DNA of 64,000 nucleotides, taken from NCBI GenBank assembly GCA_963822585.1, contig CAWGIE010000019.1, positions 416,001-480,000 on the forward strand. Direction: 5' to 3'. Of the stretch, positions 38,931 to 48,492 are shown piece by piece (within the stretch, counting starts at the first letter, position 1; the number at the start of each line of letters is the position of its first letter). Source of the stretch: an uncultured bacterium (GTDB taxonomy: Bacteria; Auribacterota; Erginobacteria; Erginobacterales; Erginobacteraceae). Position numbers and translations under genes: made by a program. A model generated the notes under the pieces. That model was not told where the DNA came from. It did not search any database and saw only the letters and a program-made list of their open reading frames with translations.

Positions 38931-40130
38931 ATGGGTATTTTATTTTTCGTTGGAATAGCCATTATCTGCGGTTTTATGGGGGGGAAATTGGGCAATCGCC
39001 TGAAGTTCCCTGCCGTTGTGGGTTATCTTGTCGCCGGCCTGATTTTAGGCCCTTCTTTCCTTAATATCTTCAGCCTGAAGCTCCTGGATAACCTGGGAAT
39101 ATTTAATGACTTAGCTCTATCATTGGTGGCATTTATCATTGGCAGCGAGATGCGCTGGGGTATCTTGCGGAAAATGGGCAAGGGCATTGTCACGATTATT
39201 TTCGCGGAATCATTTGGAGCTTTCTTACTGGTGTTTGCCGGTGTCTTTCTCTTAACACACAAACTGTATATGGCCTTAATTTTTGGCGCGATGGCCCCGG
39301 CCAGCGCGCCGGCGGGGACGGCGATTGTATTACAGGAGTACAAAGCAAAGGGACCGTTGACCAACGCTCTCTATGCCGTGGTCGGCCTGGACGACGGTTT
39401 GGCGATTATAATTTACGCGTTCGCGGCCGCCCTGGCCAAGCTGTCCATAACCGGCTCTACGGATTCTTTTCTGCATATTGTAGAGGGGCCCCTGCTCGAG
39501 ATAGCGGGAGCGATCGTGCTGGGCGGGGTAATGGGGGTCGTTCTGGGCTATTTTATACGCAGGATACAGAATAAAAATGAAGTGTTAGCCATCTCTTTTG
39601 CGGCGGTGATGATCTGCACGGGCGTGGCGAACTATCTTAACTTATCCCTTATTCTAGCCAATTTAAGTTTGGGGATGGCTTTTGCCAATCTGTATTTACT
39701 CGGTAACCGCAGGTCAATGAACGCCATAAATTTTATTGCTTTGCCGGTCTATATAATCTTTTTCGTCATCGCCGGCGCTCATCTGCAAATCAGCCTCCTG
39801 CCGGCCATGGGTGTATTAGGTATCGTATACATAGCATGCAGAAGTTCCGGATTGATGGGCGGAGCCTTTTTCGGGGCAACGATTTCGAGATCGGATCCCA
39901 TTATTCGGAAATATCTGGGTTTTGGGATATTATCCCAAGCCGGCGTCGCTATCGGGCTGGCCATTATGGCGACAAGAGAATTTGCTCCTCTGGGTCAGTC
40001 CGGTCGGGATCTGGCTCTCCTGGTAATCAATACAATCGCCGCCAGTACGATCATCTTTGAATTAATCGGACCGATAGCGACAAAATACGCTATCACGAAA
40101 GCAGGTGAAGTGAATAAAGCCGAATATTGA
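38931..40130 (+). CDS. Cation:proton antiporter (CPA2/Kef-like)
   Basis: PAVVGYLVAGLILGPS, ASAPAGT, VVGLDDG, SQAGVAIGLA, FELIGP; multiple TM helices. Confidence 0.9.
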   Translation: MGILFFVGIAIICGFMGGKLGNRLKFPAVVGYLVAGLILGPSFLNIFSLKLLDNLGIFNDLALSLVAFIIGSEMRWGILRKMGKGIVTIIFAESFGAFLLVFAGVFLLTHKLYMALIFGAMAPASAPAGTAIVLQEYKAKGPLTNALYAVVGLDDGLAIIIYAFAAALAKLSITGSTDSFLHIVEGPLLEIAGAIVLGGVMGVVLGYFIRRIQNKNEVLAISFAAVMICTGVANYLNLSLILANLSLGMAFANLYLLGNRRSMNAINFIALPVYIIFFVIAGAHLQISLLPAMGVLGIVYIACRSSGLMGGAFFGATISRSDPIIRKYLGFGILSQAGVAIGLAIMATREFAPLGQSGRDLALLVINTIAASTIIFELIGPIATKYAITKAGEVNKAEY

Positions 40131-40471
40131 TGGAGGATACCATGGAACTTTTAATGATTATCCTTAACAAGGAAGAATACCTCGAAAAGATATTGTCTAT
40201 CCTGGTAGAAATAGAAGTTCCCGGGGCAACTATTCTGGAGAGTGAAGGATTAGGACATTTTTTAGCTTACGAAGTTCCCATATTCGCCGGGCTGAAACAA
40301 CTGATCGGCGAGAAGAAAACCGCGAGCAGGACCATAGTGGCATTGATCGATGAGGAGAACTTCCTTTCCAAATTCAAGCGGCTGCTTGCCGAAGAAGATA
40401 TTGATTTTACCCAGCCGGATATGGGAATTATCGTTACCCTGCCTGTAAACAACGCGATTAAACCGGAATGA
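40127..40471 (+). CDS. Small PII-like (GlnB-fold) protein, putative
   Basis: LLMIILNKEEYLE...GATILESEGLG...GIIVTLPV pattern; coupled to the antiporter (start may be 40142). Confidence 0.6.
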   Translation: MMEDTMELLMIILNKEEYLEKILSILVEIEVPGATILESEGLGHFLAYEVPIFAGLKQLIGEKKTASRTIVALIDEENFLSKFKRLLAEEDIDFTQPDMGIIVTLPVNNAIKPE

Positions 40472-40597
40472 GTAATTTCTGTAATACTGCCCCCGCCGAG
40501 CAATTCTACGCCATTATAGGGGATCCGCAATATCCTTACCACCCTCCCCGCATTTTGTAGCAAACGGTAGCATCGTCTTCGGAACGAGATATTCTTC

Positions 40598-41774
40598 ATG
40601 AACACACGAAGAAAATTGCACATACTGATTCTTCCCTTCTGGTACTGGTATCCCGACCCCGACCACCCGGCACAGGGTGCTTCCGTACAGGAACAGGCGC
40701 GGGCGGTGACCGGGCGGCATCAGGTCACGGTATTTTATGCCGCACCGCAGGGGAATTTCCGCATCCTGCGCGAAACCATGTCGGACAGGGAAGAAGCGGG
40801 GGTTCGAGTCATCCGCATCAGGCATCGTTACATACCGCTGCCGGCGTGCACCTACGCGGCTTACCTGAGATGCCTGAGTAAGAACTTCGATCGCCTGTGG
40901 CAACAGGGTCTGCGTCCGGACATTATTCATGCCCATGAATATGCCGCGGGGGTGGCGGCGGTGAGACTGGGAAGAAAATACGGGCTGCCGGTCGTAATCA
41001 GCGAACACTGCAGTGATTTTATCCGAGGGCGGCTGCGGAAAACCGATATTCTTAAAGCCCGGTTCGCCATGAACCGGGCCGACGTTGTTCTTCCCGTCGG
41101 CGTGGAAGTCCTGCAGACCCTGCGGGCACTCGGGATCAGAACCCGTCTCGAAGTCATGCCGAATACGATCGACACGGCACTCTTTCATCCGTCCGTCCGC
41201 CGGGAAACAGGGCCGAAGGCCGCGAAAACGATTCTGCTGATAGCACTCCTCCGCAATGGGAAGGGGGTGCCGTATCTCCTTCGCGCACTGGCTTCCCTGC
41301 GGGATCGGCGCCGGGATTTCCGCCTTGAAATAGCCGGCGATGGGCCGGAAAAAGAGGCATATCGGCGAATGGCGGAGGATCGGGGACTGGAGAACGTGGT
41401 AAAATTTTCCGGGATGAAAAACCGTGGGGAGATCGCGGACTTGATCCGGCAATCCGATTTCATCGTGCAGCCGAGCGAATGCGAAACCTTCGGGATGACG
41501 GTCATCGAAAGCATGGCCTGCGGCAAACCGGTAGTGGCGACGAGGTTGCCCACGTTCGAGCGGCTGATATCGGCGGAGAGGGGCATTTTAGTCTCCGCCC
41601 GGGGACGAACGGGCGTTGGCCCGAGCGATCGACTATATGCTTGACCATCACCACAAGTACCGGGAGGACATAATCAGGCGTTATATCGAAGAGAACTTCA
41701 GCCATAAAACAATCGGAGAACGCCTCAATGCGGTTTACTGTTCAGTACTGGCCGGCCGAGGCGGGAAGATGTAA
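40598..41774 (+). pseudogene. GT4 glycosyltransferase with a +1 frameshift near 41594
   Basis: PDIIHAH, ETFGMTVIESMACGKPVVAT. After GILV the expected PPGDERALARAIDYML...FS...RLNAVY continues in another frame to TAA at 41774. Confidence 0.82.
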
Positions 41775-41801
41775 CTTTTTAGTTCTCTTCCCCATTTTAA
41801 A

Positions 41802-42674
41802 ATGAACTCTCGACTGTTTGACGAATTTCATTCTCTGGCCGAGTTCCTGGCCTCGAAAGGGATGATTCAAAACGCGGCCGATTACCGTACAAACCTATCC
41901 GCCCTGACTTCGTTCGCCCGCCGTCTTAAAACATATTTTCTTCTCGCTCCACGGCGTGAGGGGAAAAGGGTGCTTGATATAGGGTGCGCGCTCGGGCACG
42001 GCGCCCGGATTCTCGCGGACCATGCCCGTTCAGTCACGGCTCTCGACTCCGATCAAAAGGTGCTGGAGACCGCCCGGCGGTTATGCTCGGGGGAGAAGAT
42101 CCGTTTCGTCCGTGCGGGGGCCCAGCATCTCCCTTGCCCGGACCGGACCTTCGGCGTAGTCACCGCATGTCACCTGATCGAGCATCTGCCGCCGCTGGAA
42201 GTGGTGCCGTTTCTCCAGGAGACGCGGCGGGTCACGGAGAGCGGGGGGATCATTTTCATTACCACCCCGAACCGCCGCTTTCGGCTCCGGCCGCTGCAGC
42301 GGCCCTTCAATCCGGACCATCGGCAGGAGTTCACGGCCCGGAGGTTGCGGAGAATCCTCTGCACTGTTTTCGACGAGGTGGAAATAATGGGGATGCGGGC
42401 ATCGGCGCGTATTGAGTCCATCGAGCGGGACCGCGTTCGCCTTTCTCCCCTGCGGGTTTACCTGCGGGATCCTCTGGCCGCCGTCTCAGCCCGCGTCTTC
42501 CCGGCCTTTCACCGGCGATTCCAGGCAGCTTTGGAGAAATCAAGGAAATCTCATAAAAAAAGAAACACCCCGGCCGCGGGGGACTTCCGGCCGGAGGAAC
42601 TCAGCCTTGACGAATACTACCTGGACGGGCAATACCCGGACCAGGGGATCGATCTCCTGGCTATCTGCCATTGA
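41802..42674 (+). CDS. Class I SAM-dependent methyltransferase
   Basis: VLDIGCALGHG, HLIEHL, ITTPN, NPDHRQEFT. Confidence 0.88.
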   Translation: MNSRLFDEFHSLAEFLASKGMIQNAADYRTNLSALTSFARRLKTYFLLAPRREGKRVLDIGCALGHGARILADHARSVTALDSDQKVLETARRLCSGEKIRFVRAGAQHLPCPDRTFGVVTACHLIEHLPPLEVVPFLQETRRVTESGGIIFITTPNRRFRLRPLQRPFNPDHRQEFTARRLRRILCTVFDEVEIMGMRASARIESIERDRVRLSPLRVYLRDPLAAVSARVFPAFHRRFQAALEKSRKSHKKRNTPAAGDFRPEELSLDEYYLDGQYPDQGIDLLAICH

Positions 42675-42839
42675 CCGGGGCAGCAGAGATTTGTCAATTG
42701 CCAAGGTTTGATCCCATATATATTATCAGACAAGTAGATATGATTATGAAATTGCCGGCAGCAGGGCTCTTAACTGGCTGACCTTTGGCATGATCGAGAT
42801 TATCACCAAATAATCCGAATCTTCGAGGAGTAATTCAAG

Positions 42840-44612
42840 ATGCGGCTTAGTTACCGATTCGGTTTATATATCAGCTTCAGTATCATCGTCATCATCCCCA
42901 TTTTGCTGGCTTTCATCCTTTTTAAGGCTTTGCTTCGGCAGACCGCCGAAAATGAATTTTATGCTCAGGCCGATAGAGTCGGCCTCGGCATACGCGAGGA
43001 AATATCGAACCGCTCGGCCAATCTTCTCCGTCAGGCGGGAAAATATGCTCGTGATGAAACAATTATTTCGCGTCTGCTCGCACCCGATCGCTCCCATCTG
43101 GAAACACGGCTGATCGAACTCTTCAACTATTCCAATCTCGACCTGCTGGAAATTGGCGATACATCAGGCTTCGTTCTCGCCCGCGGCCATCGACCCGGTG
43201 ATTTTGGCGAGGGAAAGGCTACTCAAAAAATCATAGGAAACGCCCTGAGAGGGATCCCTGATGCGGATATAGAATACGGTGTCTCGGGTATCGCCCTTCG
43301 GGCGGTTTCACCGATCCGGTCAACAACGGGAGAAATCCGGGGGACTCTGATGACCGGCGTTCTTTTGAACAAAGACTTTTTCGACATCTATAAGGATATC
43401 ACCGGCTTCAATATCGCTTTATTCCAGGACAGCTCATTGATTGCCAGTACCTCCGGAACGTCACTACCCTGGAGTCCCCCGAATGACGGGGCGAGTAATT
43501 CATCCGAGGAAAACTCCGTATCGCTAAAAGTCACTTTTACAATGGGAGATAACGAGATGTGGGGAATCTATCTCCCCCTTTATCATTCTTCCGGAGAAAT
43601 GTTCGGAGGGTTATTGCTCTGGCAGAATAGCAAGACCGTCATGCGCTCATTGCGGATTAATCAGCTCACCCTGACCTACACGTTCATTGTTGCTATCATC
43701 CTTTCAGTCGTCCTGGCGGTATTCTTGAGCAAAAATTTTTCTTCACCTCTCAAGAAAATGCTCCCCGTCATGGATAGAGTTTCCCGGGGCAATTTAAATA
43801 CGGATATCCCCCCCTTAAAATGGGCGGAATTCAGAGAACTCGGCGCTCACTTCCGGAATATGATCGCCGAGCTGCAAAAATCCCGGCAGAAAATTGAAAA
43901 AGCTCAGCGGCAACTGTTGGTGGCCGGCAAACTGGCGACTCTCGGACAGGTCACCGCCGAACTGGCGCATGAGATACGGAATCCTCTGAATTCCATGGAA
44001 ATTACTCTCCGGTTATTGAAAGAAGAAGTGAAGGAACGTATCAAAAACGATCCCGAAATCGAAGATAATATCGAAACCATCCGATCTGAAATACGAAGAT
44101 TGAATCAAACGATCAAGGACTTCGTGGAAGCCGGGGGAAAAATAACCCTTCACACAAAAGCGGTGAATATTGCCAATGAACTAAAGGAAATTATTAAGCT
44201 GGCGCTGCCTCAGATCGAACTATTGGGAATCAATATCAATCTTAACATCGAGAATTGCGCGCCCATCCCGGTTGATCGAAACCGCTTGCATCAGGTGATC
44301 CTCAATATAATATTAAATGCATGTCAATCGATGAAACCGGGGGGGAAACTCACAATCCGGGGAGAGGAAATGAAGGATACCTATACTATTATCATCAGGG
44401 ATACCGGCGTGGGTATGACTCTCGAAGAAAAGGACAGGATTTTCGACTTCCCCTTTTCCACTAAACCGGAAGGAATGGGATGCGGCCTTTCTTACGTCCT
44501 CCGGGTCATGCAGGCACATGCCGGGGAATTCGATATTGAATCGCAACCCGGGGTAGGCACCACGGTCAGATTGACCTTTCCCCGGAAAATACCGAAGAAA
44601 AGTCATGAGTAA
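42840..44612 (+). CDS. Membrane sensor histidine kinase (Cache-like + HAMP + HisKA/HATPase)
   Basis: 2 TM helices; ELAHEIRNPL, NIILNA, DTGVG, FSTKPEGMGCGL. Confidence 0.93.
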   Translation: MRLSYRFGLYISFSIIVIIPILLAFILFKALLRQTAENEFYAQADRVGLGIREEISNRSANLLRQAGKYARDETIISRLLAPDRSHLETRLIELFNYSNLDLLEIGDTSGFVLARGHRPGDFGEGKATQKIIGNALRGIPDADIEYGVSGIALRAVSPIRSTTGEIRGTLMTGVLLNKDFFDIYKDITGFNIALFQDSSLIASTSGTSLPWSPPNDGASNSSEENSVSLKVTFTMGDNEMWGIYLPLYHSSGEMFGGLLLWQNSKTVMRSLRINQLTLTYTFIVAIILSVVLAVFLSKNFSSPLKKMLPVMDRVSRGNLNTDIPPLKWAEFRELGAHFRNMIAELQKSRQKIEKAQRQLLVAGKLATLGQVTAELAHEIRNPLNSMEITLRLLKEEVKERIKNDPEIEDNIETIRSEIRRLNQTIKDFVEAGGKITLHTKAVNIANELKEIIKLALPQIELLGININLNIENCAPIPVDRNRLHQVILNIILNACQSMKPGGKLTIRGEEMKDTYTIIIRDTGVGMTLEEKDRIFDFPFSTKPEGMGCGLSYVLRVMQAHAGEFDIESQPGVGTTVRLTFPRKIPKKSHE

Positions 44613-45963
44613 AGTATTGATCATTGAAGATGAGCGGGTCGCCGGCAACAACTTACGGCGGCTCCTCACCCACGAAGGCCATGAAGCCGAATGCGCCTAT
44701 ACCTTCGGGGAAGCCGTCACCGCTCTCGATGCGAAAAGTTTTGACATCTATTTGATCGATGTCCGTCTCCCCGACGGGAACGGTCTCGAACTGATCCCGA
44801 TCATCAGGACCAAATATCCCGATGCGATCATTATTATCCTCACGGCTTATGGGACCATCGGCGATGCCGTCAGCGCGCTCAAAGCCGGAGCCGATCATTA
44901 TCTCATCAAACCGATAGAAACGGACGAATTGCTGATAACGCTCCAGCGGGAAATGGACCACCGGGAGGTGAGAGTCGAAAACATCGCTCTGAAAACCTAT
45001 CTCTCATCAATGTCCGGTTTCGAAAACATCATCGGGAAAAGCGCGGGCATGGTCCCGGTCTTTGAACGCGTCAGAAAACTTTGTGATTCCAATGCCACGG
45101 TCCTGATCAGCGGAGAAAGCGGAACCGGCAAGGAGTTAGTCGCCCGCACACTCCATTATCGCGGACGCCGACGGGATAACCGCTTCGTAGCCGTGCATTG
45201 CGCGGCTATTCCTGAGTCGCTTCTCGAAAGCGAACTATTCGGGCATGTTAAAGGAGCTTTTACCGGCGCCCTCAGGGATCATGCGGGGCGGTTTGAATAT
45301 GCCGACAAGGGAACGATTTTTTTGGACGAAATCGGTGAATTAAGCCAGAAACTTCAGGTAAAACTCCTCCGGGTGCTTCAGGAAAAAAAATTCGAGAAAG
45401 TGGGCTCCAATCGACAAATCGAGGCGGACGTACGGATACTCGCGTCAACAAACAGGGACTTAAACGAGATGATGACATCCGGAGATTTCCGGGAAGACCT
45501 TTATTGGCGCCTCAATGTCGTCGAGATTCATCTCCCTCCCCTGCGGAAAAGGACGGAGGACATCGAGCTTCTCGCCAAACATTTTTTACATAAATACGCC
45601 GCCAGTCTCAATAAACCCGTTCCGGAAATTTCGTCGGCAGTGATGACTATTTTCAAAGACTACTCCTGGCCGGGCAATGTTCGTGAACTGGAAAACGTGC
45701 TGGAACGCGCGCTCAATCTCATGGAAGGAGAGATAATTACCCCGGAAACGCTTCCTTCCCGACTGCGAACACCCCATTCTCATTTTTCCCGTCATCCGGA
45801 CGAGGGCGATTTTTTTCTTAAAGATAAAATAAAGGACTTTGAAAAAATCATGATCGGTAAGGTACTGCGCGAAGAAAATGGCAACCGGTGTAAGACCGCG
45901 GAACATTTGGGCATCAGCTTAAGAACTCTCCAATATAAATTGAGAGAATATGATATCCGATAA
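44605..45963 (+). CDS. Sigma54-dependent response regulator (NtrC/AtoC family)
   Basis: REC domain; GESGTGKE, ELFGHVKGAFTGA, FLDEIGE, WPGNVREL; C-terminal HTH. Confidence 0.95.
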   Translation: MSKVLIIEDERVAGNNLRRLLTHEGHEAECAYTFGEAVTALDAKSFDIYLIDVRLPDGNGLELIPIIRTKYPDAIIIILTAYGTIGDAVSALKAGADHYLIKPIETDELLITLQREMDHREVRVENIALKTYLSSMSGFENIIGKSAGMVPVFERVRKLCDSNATVLISGESGTGKELVARTLHYRGRRRDNRFVAVHCAAIPESLLESELFGHVKGAFTGALRDHAGRFEYADKGTIFLDEIGELSQKLQVKLLRVLQEKKFEKVGSNRQIEADVRILASTNRDLNEMMTSGDFREDLYWRLNVVEIHLPPLRKRTEDIELLAKHFLHKYAASLNKPVPEISSAVMTIFKDYSWPGNVRELENVLERALNLMEGEIITPETLPSRLRTPHSHFSRHPDEGDFFLKDKIKDFEKIMIGKVLREENGNRCKTAEHLGISLRTLQYKLREYDIR

Positions 45964-45990
45964 TACCGGGGATATTTTTGTGCCCCTTTA

Positions 45991-46026
45991 GTGCAATATA
46001 TTGCGCTAGAGCGCAAAATATTGCAC
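45991..46026. promoter_or_regulatory. Tandem palindromic enhancer (UAS) sites for the adjacent activator
   Basis: GTGCAATATATTGCGC-TAGA-GCGCAAAATATTGCAC, ~55 nt upstream of a sigma54 promoter. Confidence 0.65.
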
Positions 46027-46078
46027 CTACCTGGTTATTTTTAGTCCCTCCCCTGCTGGAATTCCCCGTATTTTTACC

Positions 46079-46094
46079 TGGCATGGATTTTGCT
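46079..46094 (+). promoter_or_regulatory. Sigma54 (-24/-12) promoter
   Basis: TGGCATGGATTTTGCT matches TGGCAY-N5-TTGCW with exact spacing. Confidence 0.8.
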
Positions 46095-46161
46095 TATTAA
46101 AGTTTCCGTCACAATCATGTGAATTCTACTTTCGTAAAATATTTTTAGAAAAAAATGGAAG

Positions 46162-46734
46162 GTGATGGAAATGCCCTCTACCACTTTGTTGGAATCCATC
46201 GGGGATCAGTTCACTGGAATATTGAAGATAATCCAGAGCGCGGTTCCTCAGGAAAAATCGCCCGCTCCGGCGCTTCGGGAGAATAGTAGACAACTCGCCC
46301 ATCGGGTCTTCGACCTGTTATCCCAGGGAGAATCACTGCCTTTTTTCAGGCAAAACTATATGGAGCTATCGGGGTACATCTCTCTGCTCGCGGATGACGT
46401 AATAGATATTCTTGATTTAAGGAAGAACCTCCCGGAGGCGGAATCGAAATCATTATCACCCCTTTTCGAAACGATTAAAGAAACCATCAGCATTTTTTAT
46501 AGCGCCCTGAGCAAACTGGAGCGAAACATTCCTGAAAGCGCCAGGGAAATCAAGCTGGCGAGGAGCCCCCTGGGCAAAGCGAAAGAGATAGTCCGGGGCT
46601 TAAAGCAACTGGCATTGTCCGCCGGCGGCCACACCCTTTTTACCCTTCTGGCCGAACTCGCAAATGGCGCCGTTAAGTCCCTGGAGACGATCGACCTCGC
46701 CCTCAAGAAATTGATAGTGATCAGAACCTTATAG
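46162..46734 (+). CDS. Helical hypothetical protein, possibly a divergent DUF47/PhoU-like protein
   Basis: All-alpha pattern; LPFFRQNYMELSGYISLLADDV resembles ITPFDREDIFSLSRDIDDV of the downstream DUF47; both end in IVIR/IIVK. Confidence 0.55.
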   Translation: MMEMPSTTLLESIGDQFTGILKIIQSAVPQEKSPAPALRENSRQLAHRVFDLLSQGESLPFFRQNYMELSGYISLLADDVIDILDLRKNLPEAESKSLSPLFETIKETISIFYSALSKLERNIPESAREIKLARSPLGKAKEIVRGLKQLALSAGGHTLFTLLAELANGAVKSLETIDLALKKLIVIRTL

Positions 46735-46815
46735 AAACCGTGAAACTTGATCAAATGTGCCTGTTCGGCTTCTCAATTATGTGACCCCGGCAGGGTATAT
46801 CGTATTCACCTGAGC

Positions 46816-47823
46816 ATGTATTCTCTCCTGATAATCTCCATCATTCTTGTTCTGGTCTTCGCCGTCACTAATGGCATGAAAGACGGCTCCAACGTTAGCG
46901 CTACCGCTATCGCTTCTCATTCCCTGTCCCGGCTCCAGGTCACGCTGATTGTAGCGGCGGCCGAGCTGGGAGGGCCGTTCCTGCTGGGAACAAAAGTAGC
47001 CTCGACCGTGGCCCGCAACATCATCAACCCCCAGGTGCTCCCCGGCGGTGGGGAAGGACTGCTCCTGATTCTCAGCGGCGTGGCCGGCGCCCTGATCTGG
47101 AATGGTTTGACCTGGTTCTTCGAGTTGCCCACCAGCTCATCCCTGACCATGGTGGGCGGCCTGATCGGTCCGGTTTTTTATACATACGGCTGGACCGCGA
47201 TTCCCTGGGCGGTTTTTCTCTTCAAGGTGGTCCTGGCTATGTTCCTCTCCCCGATAGTCGGCTTCTTTTTCGGCTACGCCGTACACAAGCTGGTTAACCG
47301 CCTTTTAATCAAATCAACGCTCGGCATGAATGTCCTTATCAAGAAAGTCCAGGTTTTCACCCTGATTATCCTGGGAGCCAATCACGGCACCAATGACAGT
47401 CAGAAGGCGATGGGAATAATCGCCTTGCTCCTCTTCGTCGCGGAGCGGAACGCCGACATCGCCATCCCGTTCTGGGTCAAACTTGCCAGCATTCTGGCCA
47501 TCACCGTGGGGGTGACCATGGGGGGAACCAAAATCGTCAAAACAGTCGGGTACGGCATTTTTAAGATCCATCCCTATCACTCGCTGGAATCACAGCTCGC
47601 TGCCGCCGGTCTCCTTTTCGCCTGCAACATCGTTGGCGCCCCCGTCAGTTCCACGCAGATTATCAGTTCATCCGTGATCGGGGTGGGGAGCGGCTTTCGG
47701 AAGAGCAGCGTCCGCTGGAATATCATCCGGGGCATTCTCTGGAGCTGGCTGGTGACCATCCCCCTGGCGGCGGCCATCAGCATTCTTGTCTACCTGGGCC
47801 TAAAAATCGTTCTTCCCTATTAG
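46816..47823 (+). CDS. PiT-family inorganic phosphate transporter
   Basis: NGMKDGSN, LPTSSS, HGTNDSQKAMG, GAPVSSTQ, SWLVTIP. Confidence 0.92.
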   Translation: MYSLLIISIILVLVFAVTNGMKDGSNVSATAIASHSLSRLQVTLIVAAAELGGPFLLGTKVASTVARNIINPQVLPGGGEGLLLILSGVAGALIWNGLTWFFELPTSSSLTMVGGLIGPVFYTYGWTAIPWAVFLFKVVLAMFLSPIVGFFFGYAVHKLVNRLLIKSTLGMNVLIKKVQVFTLIILGANHGTNDSQKAMGIIALLLFVAERNADIAIPFWVKLASILAITVGVTMGGTKIVKTVGYGIFKIHPYHSLESQLAAAGLLFACNIVGAPVSSTQIISSSVIGVGSGFRKSSVRWNIIRGILWSWLVTIPLAAAISILVYLGLKIVLPY

Positions 47824-47835
47824 GAGGCGGAATTA

Positions 47836-48453
47836 ATGAAACTATTTAAAAAAAATCAGACCAATTTTTTTGAAATGCTGGAAAATCATACCCGGCTTCT
47901 GCATGAGACTTACCAGGACTTGGTGCAGTACTTTGACCACCCCGAGGAGAGAGAAACCCTGGCCGAGCGAATTCGCCTCCGTGAACGCGAGGCGGATGAT
48001 ATCCGGCTGGTCCTTATCGACCAGCTGCATCAGACCTTGATCACCCCCTTTGACCGGGAAGATATCTTCAGTCTCTCCCGTGATATTGATGACGTGCTCG
48101 ACGCGGCCAAGAACACGGTGGAAGAAATACAGATCTTTAACGTGGAGCCGTCACCGGAGTTGATCTTGATGGCCAAGATTTTAGAGCGGGGCACCCTGGA
48201 AATTTACGAAGCCATGACTAATCTCAAGCAACATCCCCGCGTGGCCAAAGACCATGCCGTCAACGCCAAGCGCACGGAGAATCACATTCATCATGTCTAT
48301 CTGGAGGCACTGGCGAAGCTATTTGACGATTCCGCTAATAACGTCGGACTCGTATTCAAAATGCGCGAGATTTATCGGCACCTCAACCGTTCCGCTGACC
48401 GCTGCGATGAAGCCGCCAATCGCATCCTGGATATTATCGTTAAGATCGAATAA
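47836..48453 (+). CDS. DUF47 (PhoU-like) phosphate transport regulator
   Basis: EREADDIR, ITPFDREDIFSLSRDIDDVLD, REIYRHL...ADRC. Confidence 0.9.
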   Translation: MKLFKKNQTNFFEMLENHTRLLHETYQDLVQYFDHPEERETLAERIRLREREADDIRLVLIDQLHQTLITPFDREDIFSLSRDIDDVLDAAKNTVEEIQIFNVEPSPELILMAKILERGTLEIYEAMTNLKQHPRVAKDHAVNAKRTENHIHHVYLEALAKLFDDSANNVGLVFKMREIYRHLNRSADRCDEAANRILDIIVKIE

Positions 48454-48492
48454 ATGACATTCATTGTATATCAATAGTCGGAAGCTCTTTTT

